A DNA stretch of 64,000 nt from Utricularia gibba (Eukaryota > Plantae > Magnoliophyta). Location: assembly GCA_002189035.1 (NCBI GenBank), contig NEEC01000012.1, positions 2,852,001-2,916,000 of the forward strand, written 5' to 3'. Shown here piece by piece: positions 12,745-25,600 of the stretch. The stretch's first letter is position 1. The number at the start of each line of letters is the position of its first letter. Both the position numbers and the translations under genes were made by a program. The notes below the pieces were generated by a model, which saw nothing but the letters and a program-made list of their open reading frames with translations, did not search any database and was not told the DNA's origin.

Positions 12745-14608
12745 TTGTGGAGGACAGAAGGAACAGCAGCTCTTCCTCCGGATCAAGTAAGCATAAAAGA
12801 CTAGAACTGTCACAACACTAGCAGGGAGTGAGAAGGTGATAGACTTTACACACAAGGAATGTTGGAGAACAAGCGATGGAAGATTCAGCAAAGCAGCAAC
12901 ACACAAGCGGAAACACAAGGAACGATGATTGATCAAGATTCAAGGTGCAGTTTTGGAGAAAGAGCCCTTCTGGGCTGGAGGCAGAGAGTAGCAAAGGAGG
13001 AAGGAAAGGGAAAGGAGTGCAGACCAGAAGAAAAGGAATGGGACCAGAGGAAACCCAGGCTCCCACACCCCACCTGAAGCCACTCCTAATTAATGCAACA
13101 ATGCCACTCTGGACTCCACAGCAACTCAAAGAGAGAATAACTTCACCCCCAGAGCTTAGAGACACGGGGGGCGGGTGCATTTGTAGGCCAACGGGGCTGC
13201 AATCATGCAAATAAGCGATAAACACGGCGCAGGTTCTGTATAAACATAGGGACAAGAAGAGAAGAGGCGGCTGTCCGAAACCAGAATCCCCGGTCTTAAC
13301 TGCATTCCTTCTGCTGCGCTATTGAATTAGACGTACAAATGTTATTTTGATTAAATAAATTAGATGATAGTTAATAATTAATATTAGATATTAAATATAT
13401 TCAGAATTGATTTTTTAATACATTATGTATATCAAGCGTGAATTCATTTTATTGGTAAAAAAATAATGTTATTTATTCTCCTTCAAATATATGAATAAAT
13501 TAATATTTTTAATATTTTATAATACATTTTACCCAATCTGCTATTTTTATGTAGATTAATCCATATATATATATATATTTATATTTAATATTATTAAAAT
13601 AAAAAACACGATTAAATCGATTTAGGTCACCAATCGTTTATTATTGGGTTCAATTTGATAGAATTACAATTAAATCGTGAATCGTTTGTATAATGTTTTA
13701 CGTTTTTGGGTCCAAAAGGAGGAGGCCCGGTCCAATTGAGTTTATGGGCCGGCCGGGCGTATTTGGGCCACCAGAAACGGTCAGAAAATCGGTAGTTTAT
13801 CGGAAAAGGGGAAGGAATTAGGGCGTAGGTCGCCGTGAAGGTCTTGTTCCTGATTCCCAATTCCCGATTCTGTCGGAGAAGAATATTTTGTCGCGCTCTT
13901 TGCTCCTTGATTTTCGGGTGGCTTAAATATTTGGCAGAACTGAGCCTCGATTTTTTCCATGTTTTTTTTTACTGAATTATTAAACATGAAATAATTTGTT
14001 TACAGTGAGAAGTTGTTGGATGGAGCGTAGTTTGGTTGCGAGCTCTCTGAAAAGTGAAAACCCATGTTGTCTGTCCGTGCTGCATTACAGTGTCGAAGTG
14101 ATCAGATGCGAGAAAAAGGGAAAAAAAATCAGAAGCCAACTTGGTGGGTGTCCGTTTATTCCGTACCATCGGTGAGTGGACCGAGGTTATGGGGATGCTC
14201 AGTTGCAGGTGTTCCTGTTGATCTGGATCATGGAGATGAATACAGTATGCTGTTTCCCGGAAGGAAGCTATTTGAAGTTGGGACATTGGGGAGAGATTTC
14301 AAAGAAGCCATGAGCGTGTGATGGAGCAGGGAAGGGAGGAGGCAATCTCCATGACAAGACGAGGATGGCTTTTCTTGGGAGATGGATGTAATCGTGAGTT
14401 GTCTCAATTTTCTGGGATTAAAAAAAGGGTTTCCTTTGCCTGAATTCCTGCAGCCCTAACTCCTCCATTCCCTAAATCATGACCAAACCAAACCAAACCA
14501 GACCAGACCAGCCCCAACTTTTGTTGTTTTTTGTATTTGTTTTTAACTTTTGTGATCTCTCTTTAAATGATGGTGTGACTGGCATTTCAGAAGAGCTAGA
14601 GAAGCAGA

Positions 14609-15283
14609 ATGCCATCATCAAAACCCTTGGCTCCCTTGGAGCTGGGCCACCTTGAGAAAGGAGCATGCACTCTTCTTCAAAGTGCAGCAGCTGTGGGGTT
14701 CCGCGGAAAGAAGAAGAAGAAGTTGCCTGATCCGGGAAGGTTTCTGGGTGTACGTCGGCGGCCCTGGGGACGATACGCAGCGGAGATTAGGGACCCCAAC
14801 ACCAAAGAGAGGCACTGGCTGGGGACATTTGACACCGCACAAGAGGCTGCATTGGCTTATGATAAAGCAGCTCTTTCCATCAAAGGCCTTCAAGCCACAA
14901 CCAACTTCATCTACACAAATGCAAACCCAGAAGATGAAGAAGACAAGGGTTTGTTCAATGATATCTTGAAACCTGAACCAAACTCAGGATACTTAGACTG
15001 CATTGTCCCTAGCAACTACTTGTACCCTCCCCATGCTCGACGGTTGAATACCCCTGACAGGAAACTGGCCTCTTGTGTCGGAGAACTCGATGATAAAGAG
15101 ACACGGATCTTTAGCACCCCACTAGAAGAACAAAGAGTTCAACTTGGACAGTATTGTGAGCTCTCGGCAGTAGTCTACAATCATGGCGTTGTTGGGGAAT
15201 CAAAGATCGAAGGTTGTGATCAGATGAATGGGAAAGTTTTCCCTTGCGGCGGGGATGATGCATGGAAGAACTGCGTGCTATGA
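14609..15283 (+). CDS. PUCHI: AP2/ERF group VIIIb transcription factor, PUCHI/ERF086-like
   Basis: Intronless. [44 protein letters not shown]...TNFIY plus [10 protein letters not shown], a motif I recall from PUCHI orthologues. Confidence 0.85.
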   Translation: MPSSKPLAPLELGHLEKGACTLLQSAAAVGFRGKKKKKLPDPGRFLGVRRRPWGRYAAEIRDPNTKERHWLGTFDTAQEAALAYDKAALSIKGLQATTNFIYTNANPEDEEDKGLFNDILKPEPNSGYLDCIVPSNYLYPPHARRLNTPDRKLASCVGELDDKETRIFSTPLEEQRVQLGQYCELSAVVYNHGVVGESKIEGCDQMNGKVFPCGGDDAWKNCVL

Positions 15284-16017
15284 ACAAGCAGCACTTTGGT
15301 TTGAACTTGAAGCACAGCTTCAATGGAGTACTGGTCTCTGCTGAGATTTTTAGGATCTTAGAGTAGGGTTTTCTTATCTTATTTTAGGGGCGGGTCTAGT
15401 ATTTATATGCCTTGATCCTATGAATATGATGGATGTCAATCTACTAGTGCTTGATGTTTTGACTATCACTTTTCTTGAATCAATAAAAAAAAATCAGAAA
15501 AACAAACTGATTAGGAAGATTCAACTGCTTCACAGTGAGAGGAACAGTTTGCATAATCAAAAAGTGTTGATATTTCTCAAGATCATTACATGCATAAAGA
15601 GGTAGGAAGCAATCAAATATGCCTTGTTCGTAACTAGTTTATTGCTTCTCCACCCCCCTGTACAAAAAGGGGGAACAACACCAGCATATGTACTTGATTC
15701 ACAGGCTAACTTGGTGTAGTTTTTGATCCCGAAAAGGGATCAAAGGAGAGGTGTAAACTAGTAGTTAAACACAGATAATCGAACAACCATGAGATGAAGC
15801 AGCCTTTACCTCGGAACTTGAGGAATGCAGAGAGATATATTTTACCTACAATGGAGGATACTTCGATTGTTATTTTCAAGACCGGGTAGAGGGCTGGCTT
15901 GGCTGATTCACTTCAGTTTTTGCCTAGAGAAATCGTCACCAATTATTCAAATGAAGATGGGTTGCCAGTTGACCAAAAAAACTCTGCCTTTCGCTTTTCT
16001 CTAGTTTTTGTTATTTC

Positions 16018-18968
16018 TCAGTTGGAAGTCTTGACATCATCTCCCTGACTCAAGGAGATACCTGGATCTGAAGCAATGTTGGTCTGATCTGAATTTTGAA
16101 TGCTCATCTGAGATGCTGGTCCACTCTTTGAGAAAATTGAACCCACAGAGGCACTGGCACTACTCATTGATGACATTTGAGGTGGGAAGGGATCGGCTAG
16201 GAGGCTGGGCCTCCGGTCTGATGGGAACGTTGATGGAGCAAGAGTTAAGCTTGTTGATCCGATGGTGTATGGAGCCACAGGCATATCAGTGAGGGATGAA
16301 GCAGAAGAGCTGTAGCCCGGGGTCCTCATTGGATGATCAAATCTGCAAGAAGGGCCATATTCACACACTCCGTTTTGTGAATAGTGGGAACAAATTCTTG
16401 CACCCTGAGAACCAGAGAAACAAAGCATATAAATAGAAAGAAATATATTAAAAAAGCAGTGATTATTGCTTACAGGACGCAGAGGTAGCCCCATAGGACT
16501 TAGCATAAAATTCCTTGAAGAATTCCATTCAGACGGATGATGAAATTTACATGAAGCACCAAATTTACAGTCCCCATTCTTCAAATAATACTGGCATTCC
16601 GGTTGCCCAGGTCTCTCTGGAAATGCAACCTCTTTTTGACTGCTGCTTGAGGCACCAGTAGCAATTGAAATATATGGTCCCGAGTATGCAGTTGCTGCCG
16701 GAGACAAATGGGCAATACTGTAAATTGGGTCGGCTCCAACTGCAGGCTGAGTGCCAGGGGAGGTCCCTGGACTAAGAGGTGCCTATAGAGTGTATTAACT
16801 GGATGCATTTAGCAAATAGAAGAGTTGAGAATAAATACAATATATCAATCTCATTTGAGCTTTACCCCCGGATATGCTGTCCAAGGTACAGGAATGATAC
16901 CAGAAGAAAACAGCAGCGGTCCATAATTTCCGGGAACATAAGGACCTTGAAGCATCGTAGGCCGAGTGATAGGCCAGTTTCCTTGGATTACTCCATATTG
17001 TTGAGAAGTTTGAACAGATGGTCCCTGGACAGCGTGGAAAATGGTTGGTGGAGCAAAAGCTGTGGGAGTACCAATAGGTCCAGGACCTTGTTCAGGAGCT
17101 GGGAAATGCATCCCTGAAGGCTGCGGGTGATGAAATTTACAGGTGACACCAAATTTACATATTCCTGTCTTTATATAATACGAGCATTCTTTTTCTCCCT
17201 GCATAGATCATTGTAAGAGTCAAGTGTAAAATGAATATGATAGCATACGATGGAATGATAAACGAGGCAGACCGGCCGCAAGGGATATCCACAAATGTTC
17301 AGGGTCACCGGGGAGGCTGAATGTTTTGGGTGGTGATACTTGCAACTGGCACCAAATTTACATGTCCCGGTCTTCATGTAGTACTACAAGTGCAAGTTGG
17401 AGAAAGCATTATTTGAAATGCAGACACTTCAAAGCACTGGGGAAGACTGACCAACAAAAGCAAATGCCAATGCAACAAAAAATACAGTGTCAAATGATTG
17501 TGTGACAAACAACATGGCATGCTCAGAAAGAACGTGGTGACATTTCTGATGTAGAAGATGGCACAAAATGGTAACCCAAAAGGGGCACGAAAAGCTTATT
17601 CACATTTGCAAGCATTGTGGGTTGTCAAAGGAACTCATCAACATGAAAAAGGTTCAAGATAAGGCGACAAGTTATCATGTGAAATCAGTTGAGGCCAGTT
17701 GTAGGTTTTCAAGATGCAGAAGTATTCGCCACTTTTCCATATCAAATCGATATTAATAAGAACTATCCACACTATGCAGAAGAAGGCCACCTTGAACCAC
17801 AGGTAATCAAAAGGGAAGGATAAAAACAAAACACAAGATTACGAAAAAAAGCACATATTCTCTCCCTTCACCTATGAAACATAAATAGCATTTTGGACGA
17901 CAAAAGAAGCAAACTTCCACATCCTTTACTCTCATCGACGCATTGAATAAAGGAGACCAACGTATTGATATGATGACAAACCACACAGTGTGAAGATAGG
18001 AAAGGAAGGGGTTGGGTCCTCCAAATACCAAGTAAAAAAAATCTCTCTCTTTCACAACTTATACCTGACAAACTGGTTGACCAGTACGTTCGGGATACAT
18101 GCCTCCAGATCTGAAATCCCCCATTACCTACGTATGTAGAAAAGTTTTAGATATGCTGAGTTAATGAAAAGAGACCAAAGGAAAACGGTGAGAGTCAGTT
18201 TTGAATACAAGATTTTTTACAGACATTGGGAAACTTAGTTTGGGGTACAGTGTTTGCAGGACATTCTCTAGTAGAGAAGTTCTACTTGGTGATTATAAAT
18301 AAATGGCGCATTTTTCCCCCACAGTCATCAAGAACCAAACTCAACCCATGCAACCGAATAAGATTTGCTATCTGATATATCACTTATCTTTCACTTTAAC
18401 CCCATAGTTCAATTAAAGATTTTCTAAAGGTTTGTCGTAAAAACATTCATTCAGTAAAATGCAGGTAAGCATCCTAACCATCAGCTTTCTCCTAAACAAT
18501 TTGGCATCACACCAAAAATGAAAATTTTGTTCACGAAAAAAAATTCACGGCGAAATCTTGACTAAAACAACAGTATCTTACTGTTCAATCGACGATCCCA
18601 CAAAACGAAGTACCGAAGTATCAAAAACAGTTAACAAATGAAAGATCGCGATCGCTGTACCATGCTACGGTCAGGGGGTGATTAAAACGGCATCGATTTC
18701 CATACCCACAAAAGCCAGTCTTCAAATAGTAGAGACAATCCGGCTCATCCGGTCTCTCTGGATACGCTTGAGAATAACCTCCAAGACCCAGTTGCCACAG
18801 AGGCTCTACATTCACGAAATCAAAGCTAAAATGAGAATCAGCACCCTGAAATTATTCCCAAATTCAAGCGAAATTCAGATGAAATTCTCAACCAAACGCA
18901 CCTTCAAGCCCGGTTTCACCAACCGGCGCCACCCATTCCTCCACAGGGTCCAACGGAACACCCTCCAT
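16018..18968 (-). CDS. five-finger CCCH zinc-finger protein (ZFN/C3H58-type); 7 exons, one apparent 1-nt frameshift
   Basis: Exon 1 [12 protein letters not shown]...ETGLE (18968-18902). Then [50 protein letters not shown] and GARICSHY repeats with GT-AG introns. Frame break at 18674-18678. Confidence 0.92.
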
Positions 18969-19003
18969 TGCCTTTGTTTCACTGTACCTCTCCATGCTTT
19001 ATT

Positions 19004-19030
19004 ACACACACACACTCTCTCTCTCTCTCT
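19004..19030. repeat. compound (AC)n(TC)n microsatellite in the CCCH gene 5' region
   Basis: ACACACACACAC followed directly by TCTCTCTCTCTCTCT. Confidence 0.9.
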
Positions 19031-21603
19031 GTCCTCCCCTGTTTCTAAACTATCTACGCAGTACAGTATAGCTTTATTCACTGCACAAACTATCTCCACA
19101 CGCAAAACGTATTTACAGAGACAGCTGTAGGAGACGAAGAAGAAGAAAGAGCGCGTGATTCCGGCCGCGGCAGCGGTGATCGCCAAAAAAAGGGGCGAGG
19201 GAGTGGGGGCTCGTAGAAAGAGAAAAAAGTGGAGACTTCCCTTCCAATCGCAGGCTCCTTCAATCCGACACGCACTCGCGTTTTATACATCCACACAAAC
19301 ACGCACACAGTTCGCGTGTGTGCGTGCGTGTGTGTGAGCGTGTGTGGGGCGTGATATTTCTGCACTTTTTGCTTCTCATTTATTTATTTTTGCAACAGTA
19401 AACACTTTTTCTTTTATTTCTATTAATATATTTTTTTTTGTCAACTCTTTATCAATAGTTAGTTGGTGTCGGTTTCGACGGGTTTTGGGCACCCACTGCC
19501 TCCACTTCACCACGACACGAACCCGAACTACAACACTAACCCCATGCATCACATTTTTTATCCACATTTAATTATTGGTTTAGAAAAGAAGTTTCTAGAA
19601 TGCATTTTAGGAACATAATTAGGATAAAAGTAAATTTTTTATCATTTTTGATTGAATAAATGCCACTATACACCATTTTTTATATAATATTATTCGTTTT
19701 AAACATTTATTTTTCGTGATTTTGTATTTTCTTTTTTAAAAAAAATACCTTACACAAAAGTAGGAGAATACTTATATTTAAACACATTCATTCCTCTGTT
19801 TATAATCAATATAAAATACTATCATTAGACTCCTAATCTTATATTAAAAATGCTTTGTAATGATTATTATTTTTTAAAAAATGGTAAAAAATTATACAAT
19901 CATTCCTAGTAAATTATTTATGATCCCACCATTAATTCAACCATCCAAATAATGGAAAAAATATCATATGATCCCAAAGATTCTAAGACCTTTTCCTATT
20001 TCAGAAGTTTAAAGATTTCAATTGTTAAAAACCACTTGAAAATTAAAAAATATGAATACCACAATTTTTCTTCACAATTCCACAACAAGTCTCAAACTCA
20101 ACCAAAAACAATAAATTAAGGCATCAACGTCCACCCATAGGGAGGTGCAATAATTTAATGGACACCATAAGATCTTCCTAGTTCACCTCTTTACAAAGAT
20201 TCTCAAAATCCTTACATTTCTCAATCTTCCAAATGTTTATTACTATTTGCATATATTGTTAAACTTAGAGTCTTGATCTCTTCAGAATCAAGATTTACGT
20301 CACAAGCAGCGAAGAAAAATACATGATAAACAAATTCATCTGTATTTAATATCGAACAAATTAAAACATATTATAAAGTGTGCATATGAATAGTTAAGGT
20401 TTGACTTTTGATAGATTAATTGATATTTATAAATAAAGATTAAATGTGAGGAAGGTGTTCAATCAAAATGATTAAATGTCATGTTCAATGTCCATAATGG
20501 ACTTTGATTTGTCCTACTTGAGTTTGAGGAGGCACTTTAGATCATTGGAATCATGTCGTTTTCTAAGCTCCCACTTTGGATTCTTGGATTAAAACACTAA
20601 TCACATATAATTTGACAAAAATAGTAAGTGGATTAAGTGGGAAAAGGGTAATCAATTTCAGATTAACGAATGGATGGACAGGAGAGGGCAAAATGGTAAG
20701 TTCCTGATGTGTTTGTAGTAGCCAATGAGATACGAGCACGTGGTGTACGAGAAAACCATGCCCACGGCGTCGTCTGTTGACTTTTGAGGCACGTGCCATC
20801 AATTATGGGAGATTCCGTTGTACGAAGCAGATTTGCCATATCACCACCGTTCAAATTGTATTAAAAAAACAATTCTCCATATTGATTAATAATTAATTTA
20901 GTATTTGATATTGTTTATTTTTAAATTGTATTTATTTTACTTTATTTGAGTGAATCTTTAGGATCCTCATTCTGGGATATGTTTTTTTATTTTATTAAAT
21001 GCGCGTTTTTACACCAAGGATATATTTGGTTGATAGGATTATACATATTAAAAAATAGAATTATAATACATTGTTTTGATAGGTTTAAATAAGTTATAAA
21101 TTATACAAGTTTTTTAATTCTATATATGTGGATTTATTTAAACCACATCTCTTTCTTACTTTATTTAAAACTACTTAATCTCATTTCTAATCAGAATAAC
21201 TAAACACTATGTAAAAAATTAATCCTATAACGCTATATAAATCCAAATAAATTAAACTCAATTTATCTCATTTCCATTAACTAGATACTATCTTAGTGAA
21301 ATCTTCTTCTTTGATACGAATATTATACTCAAATTTCGAGTTTTTCGCATTATTGAAGTTCTCTATTTTTATTTTCTTGCAAAAATACAGAAAATGTAAA
21401 ATTCATTCTAAAATAATTCTAAAAAATATTTTGACTAATTGTGAAGAAATTTATTCGATCTCAATAATAATTAATATGTAGATGATGAAAAAAATAATAT
21501 TCGATCATATTGTTGGAGAAGGGTAGTAATTTGATATTTTTTTTGAATATATATTTTTGAGTATTAAATAAACTAACAATATTAAATAATATAATTTGAA
21601 AAT

Positions 21604-21797
21604 TTTAGGGTTTAGGGCTCAAAGGGCTTTTGTCGCTTAGGGCTCATTTACATACAAGCGGCCCAATCGATTATTTAAAAGTGCGGTCAAAATTGTGAAA
21701 TCGACAAGGATTGGGGGGTTAACCGAGAACGTAAAACGTTTAGGGGTCAAGATGCAATTTAAAAAAGAACGGGATGTCGAACATACGAGTTTCGCGG
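21604..21797 (+). promoter_or_regulatory. ALY promoter: telo-box, site II and E2F-like site
   Basis: TTTAGGGTTTAGGG (~21603-21616), GGCCCA (21661-21666) and TTTCGCGG (21790-21797, fits TTTSSCGS), upstream of a pyrimidine-rich 5' leader. Confidence 0.5.
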
Positions 21798-22639
21798 TTA
21801 TTACCTCACGATTGAATAATATATCTTTTTTGGATGATTAAAAATCTTCTTCGTCGTCGTCTTCCCCGCCTTTCTCTAGAGTCTCACTACAGCGTACGGC
21901 AATCGCAATCCCCTCTCCTTTTCAAGGTGATGATCCCAAATTTCGAGTACTGATGCACCTCCAGAATGCTCTGAATTCAATCTGCTGAAGAAGTACAAGA
22001 ACGCAGATTCTTTCTCTTGACAAAGCAACGGGAGCCATATGTGTGGGTGATCTTAATTGGCTAGTTCTTTTGAATTTTGGGTGCTATAAATGTGTTTTGT
22101 TCTGTTTTTTGGGTCTAAATGATTATTCTTGATCAAGGCGGCTTTTTCCCCTCAAATGCTGCGTTTCTGTTTAGTTCAAATCTGAGTTCTCTTACTGGTT
22201 GAATTTTGGTCAGTATGCGCAAGTGACGGGGATTTCTGTCGTTTAAAGATGTTTATGATCTTTTAATTTGGGCTTCAGAGTAATAATTATTCGCGGTTTT
22301 TAGAGAGCTCTTTTTTTTGTTCGATCAAATGATCACGATTCATGTGCAATCAGAGCTTGCTATGTAAGTTTCAGCATTGGGAGAACTTTTAGATTGTTTA
22401 GTTTTGTGTCCGGTTTTCAGCAATTTTATTCCTTGAATATTTTTTGCTTGTCCTTTTTCCCCATATGTTCTTGTCCTTGCATGAAAAGGTTTCCCTCCCG
22501 TAGTGAATTCATTCCTTTATTAGCTTATTCCTTTTGTAGGACTGTATATAAATTTTAAACAATTGATGCAGGTTTCTTTTCAAAATTAATATTTCTTTGT
22601 TGTTAGGATATCTGATAACTTGGCTTCGTAGCGCCCTAA

Positions 22640-25600
22640 ATGGGGCCTCCGAGAAAGTCTAAGAGCGTGAATAAACGCTATGATGAAGTCTCCCCTACCA
22701 AGGAAGAATGTGGTTATAAAAGAAGCATCAGTCGGGTGAGTTTCTGTTGTTAATGAAATGTAAACATTACAAAGATGCCTGGACAGATGCCATGTTCATA
22801 TTATGTCGCCTACATTCTTTTGAACGCCATACAAGCAGAGATGCATGTGTGCATTGCGTCTGACTCTTATTTCTCTGCTTAAATTTAGAAAAGGAAGTTG
22901 ACTGGTATGCTAGGACCTCGATGGACCACAGAAGAACTGACACGTTTCTATGACTCTTACCGCAAGTGTGGCAAAGATTGGAAAAAGGTTGGTCATTTTA
23001 TTTTAATTTTACTTGAAATGCTGTTTTCTAAGGGAAACTTCATTCAATATGTTGGAAACAATTTAAGTGCTTCAACAGATGTGATTATCCCTTCAGAAAT
23101 TTGTAAGTTCTGCTGCTTTTTTAGATCCCCAAGTCTTTTCAAACACACTGCATAAAATTCCTGGAATTTGGTTTTCCTTTATTATTGCCCGTCTCTACAC
23201 TATAGACCTTCTCGCAATTGGAGGTCATTTCCTCTACTGTCGTTGAACCATTTATTGATATCAGAATTCGAGATTTTTAAAATCCTACTCTGCCAAGCAC
23301 CTATTGATCTAGGCTCCAAATCACAACCCAATCCTTCCCCTAAACCGTGTATCAATCCTCTCCTTCCACAGATTTGTACGTCCACTATTCATTCCCCTAT
23401 CATCACTAACTTAACTCTAGTTCATTGGTGCAAGCTTGTGAGAATTTTGAATCCTAGCCCAACAGAACCATGGCACTGTGTGTTCTTGTGTGTTTCTTCT
23501 TTTCTTATCCACAAAGGTTGCATTCTTATGTCTTAATTGCATGGCAAACTTGTTAGCACAATTCCCAGTTTACCTAAGAATTGTAACTTTGATATTTGTT
23601 TCACTTCTTTTTCCGTGAATGCAGGTGGCTTGTGCTGTGAAAAATCGTTCTCCTGACGTGGTTGAGGCCCTTTACTCAATGAACAAGGTAACTGTTATCA
23701 TAAAAAGCATTTAATTTGAGTGCCCTATTCGTGTTAATTTTCTTTTAATAATCTGTTATTTTGCATTTAATTTTCTTCTCTTGAATTTCAGGCGTACTTA
23801 TCTCTTCCTCATGGAACTGCCTCTGCTGCGGGACTAATAGCCATGATGACCGACCATTACAGCAATATGGTAAGCTAACTCCAGAAGATCTTGACTGGGT
23901 TATCTGGAAAGATTTCGTGGTGAATTTTCATTTTCTGGAGCATTAGACATCATATTGAGTCAGTTTTAGAGATAACTCGAATGTTAGTCGTCTTTTTGCA
24001 TGCTGTATTGTTCCGTTTCCATTCTCATCCCATGTCCTTAAGACAGGTCACTGACACAATAACTTGAATTGATGATCACAGGTGACATCAAGAATCTTAG
24101 TTATCATTGAGATGCCATATCCCTTTTTTTCCCACAGGTAGGAAGTGATAGTGATCGAGATAGCACTGGTGGTGTGGGGTCCTCTAGGAAGAGTCGAAAT
24201 CGTGCTCGTGGAAGAATTTCAACTACTGCATCTAAAGTATCGTTAGATGAGCAGTATGAATCACATTCTCCTATCAAAGAGTCAAGCATTGGTTGCATGT
24301 CACTGTTAAAGGGGAAGGGTTCAGGTTGAGCTTCTTCTTAGCATGCAAATCATATCGGGGTACATAATGGCTGTCTTTAAGTGATTGGTTCAACATTTTT
24401 TTTAACATATATTTTTTACTGTATTAAAAGCATTTTCACATGGATACCCGTCTTGCTGTTGCGGAATAATAAAAAAAATAATTACCTGCGGCAAATTGCC
24501 CATTTTCCTGTTCTGTTCTTGTCTTGTTTTTATGTGAAGATTTTTCGACCCTGCTTTGTTTAATTGATCTGCTGTCTCCCATGAAATATTTGCAATGCGC
24601 CAAATGTTTTGATCCTTCGCATTCTACATGTTGACCCCTGCCATTCAGGAACTAGACCCCGTCCTGTTGGGAAAAGAACACCAAGGTTCCCAGTTTCATT
24701 CTCACACCAACACACCAACGCTGGAATTTATTCCTCCCCAAATAAACGCTTGAAGTTGGAGGATTATGCTGACTATGAAGAAGTAGAGTTGGCACTAGCT
24801 TTGACAGAGGCATCACAAAGGGGCGGTTCCCCTCAGGTTTCTGGAACGCCTTGCAAATTATCTGAAACTGTCGTGTCATCTGATTTTAACCATACTCTAA
24901 GAAAGGTAATGATTAATGAATTTTATATGCGAGACTATGTTCTCTTTTCTCATGAAGCTGCTTTTTATCACAGCATGCAGACGTGGAAACCAAGATTTTT
25001 CCAAATGAGATGGATGAAGAAGTCCTTGAAGGAAGCACAGAAGCTGACACCAGGGAGTTGATGAGACCCTTGGGTGATGGCACAACAAGGAAAAATAACA
25101 GAAACCTTGAAGGGGGAAATATTGAAACTGATATCCACAATAAGGACCATGTGGATGACATTAAGGAAGAATGCAGTCAAACAGAGGGAGGCCACGGGTC
25201 TCATGCACAAGGAAGCAAGCTTGATATCGAGGTCAATGATTCCAAGGTTTTTTCACCCGCTCAAACCCAGAGAAAGAAGAGTAAAAAGGGTCTTTTTAGA
25301 GAAGGTATGATAAAATTCTTAGTAATCGTCGTTTTGAAGAAGCACTGAATTTCCCGTAGGAATAAAGTGTTGATTTGACCATTTAGGGATATAACACGGC
25401 AACCTTAATTTCTGTCACTCAATCTTTGTAGATGAAGGGCCTGCGTTTGATGCTTTACAAGCTCTTGCTGATTTGTCGCTGTTGATGCCACCTGAAAATG
25501 AAGACGGTATGTGATCTTTCCCTGTCTTCCTAATGCTTACCTAGATTATGTAGGTTAAGCTTTCATCCTCCTCCATCCTCACATTGGATGTTGTTGTCTG

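Noticed and set aside
12014-13255. Long ORFs overlapping or flanking EPFL2 (203, 145 and 109 aa)
   Set aside because: Alternative-frame or UTR by-products of the EPFL2 locus.
14400-14405. Single TGTCTC auxin-response element upstream of PUCHI
   Set aside because: One hexamer is expected by chance; no paired site was seen.
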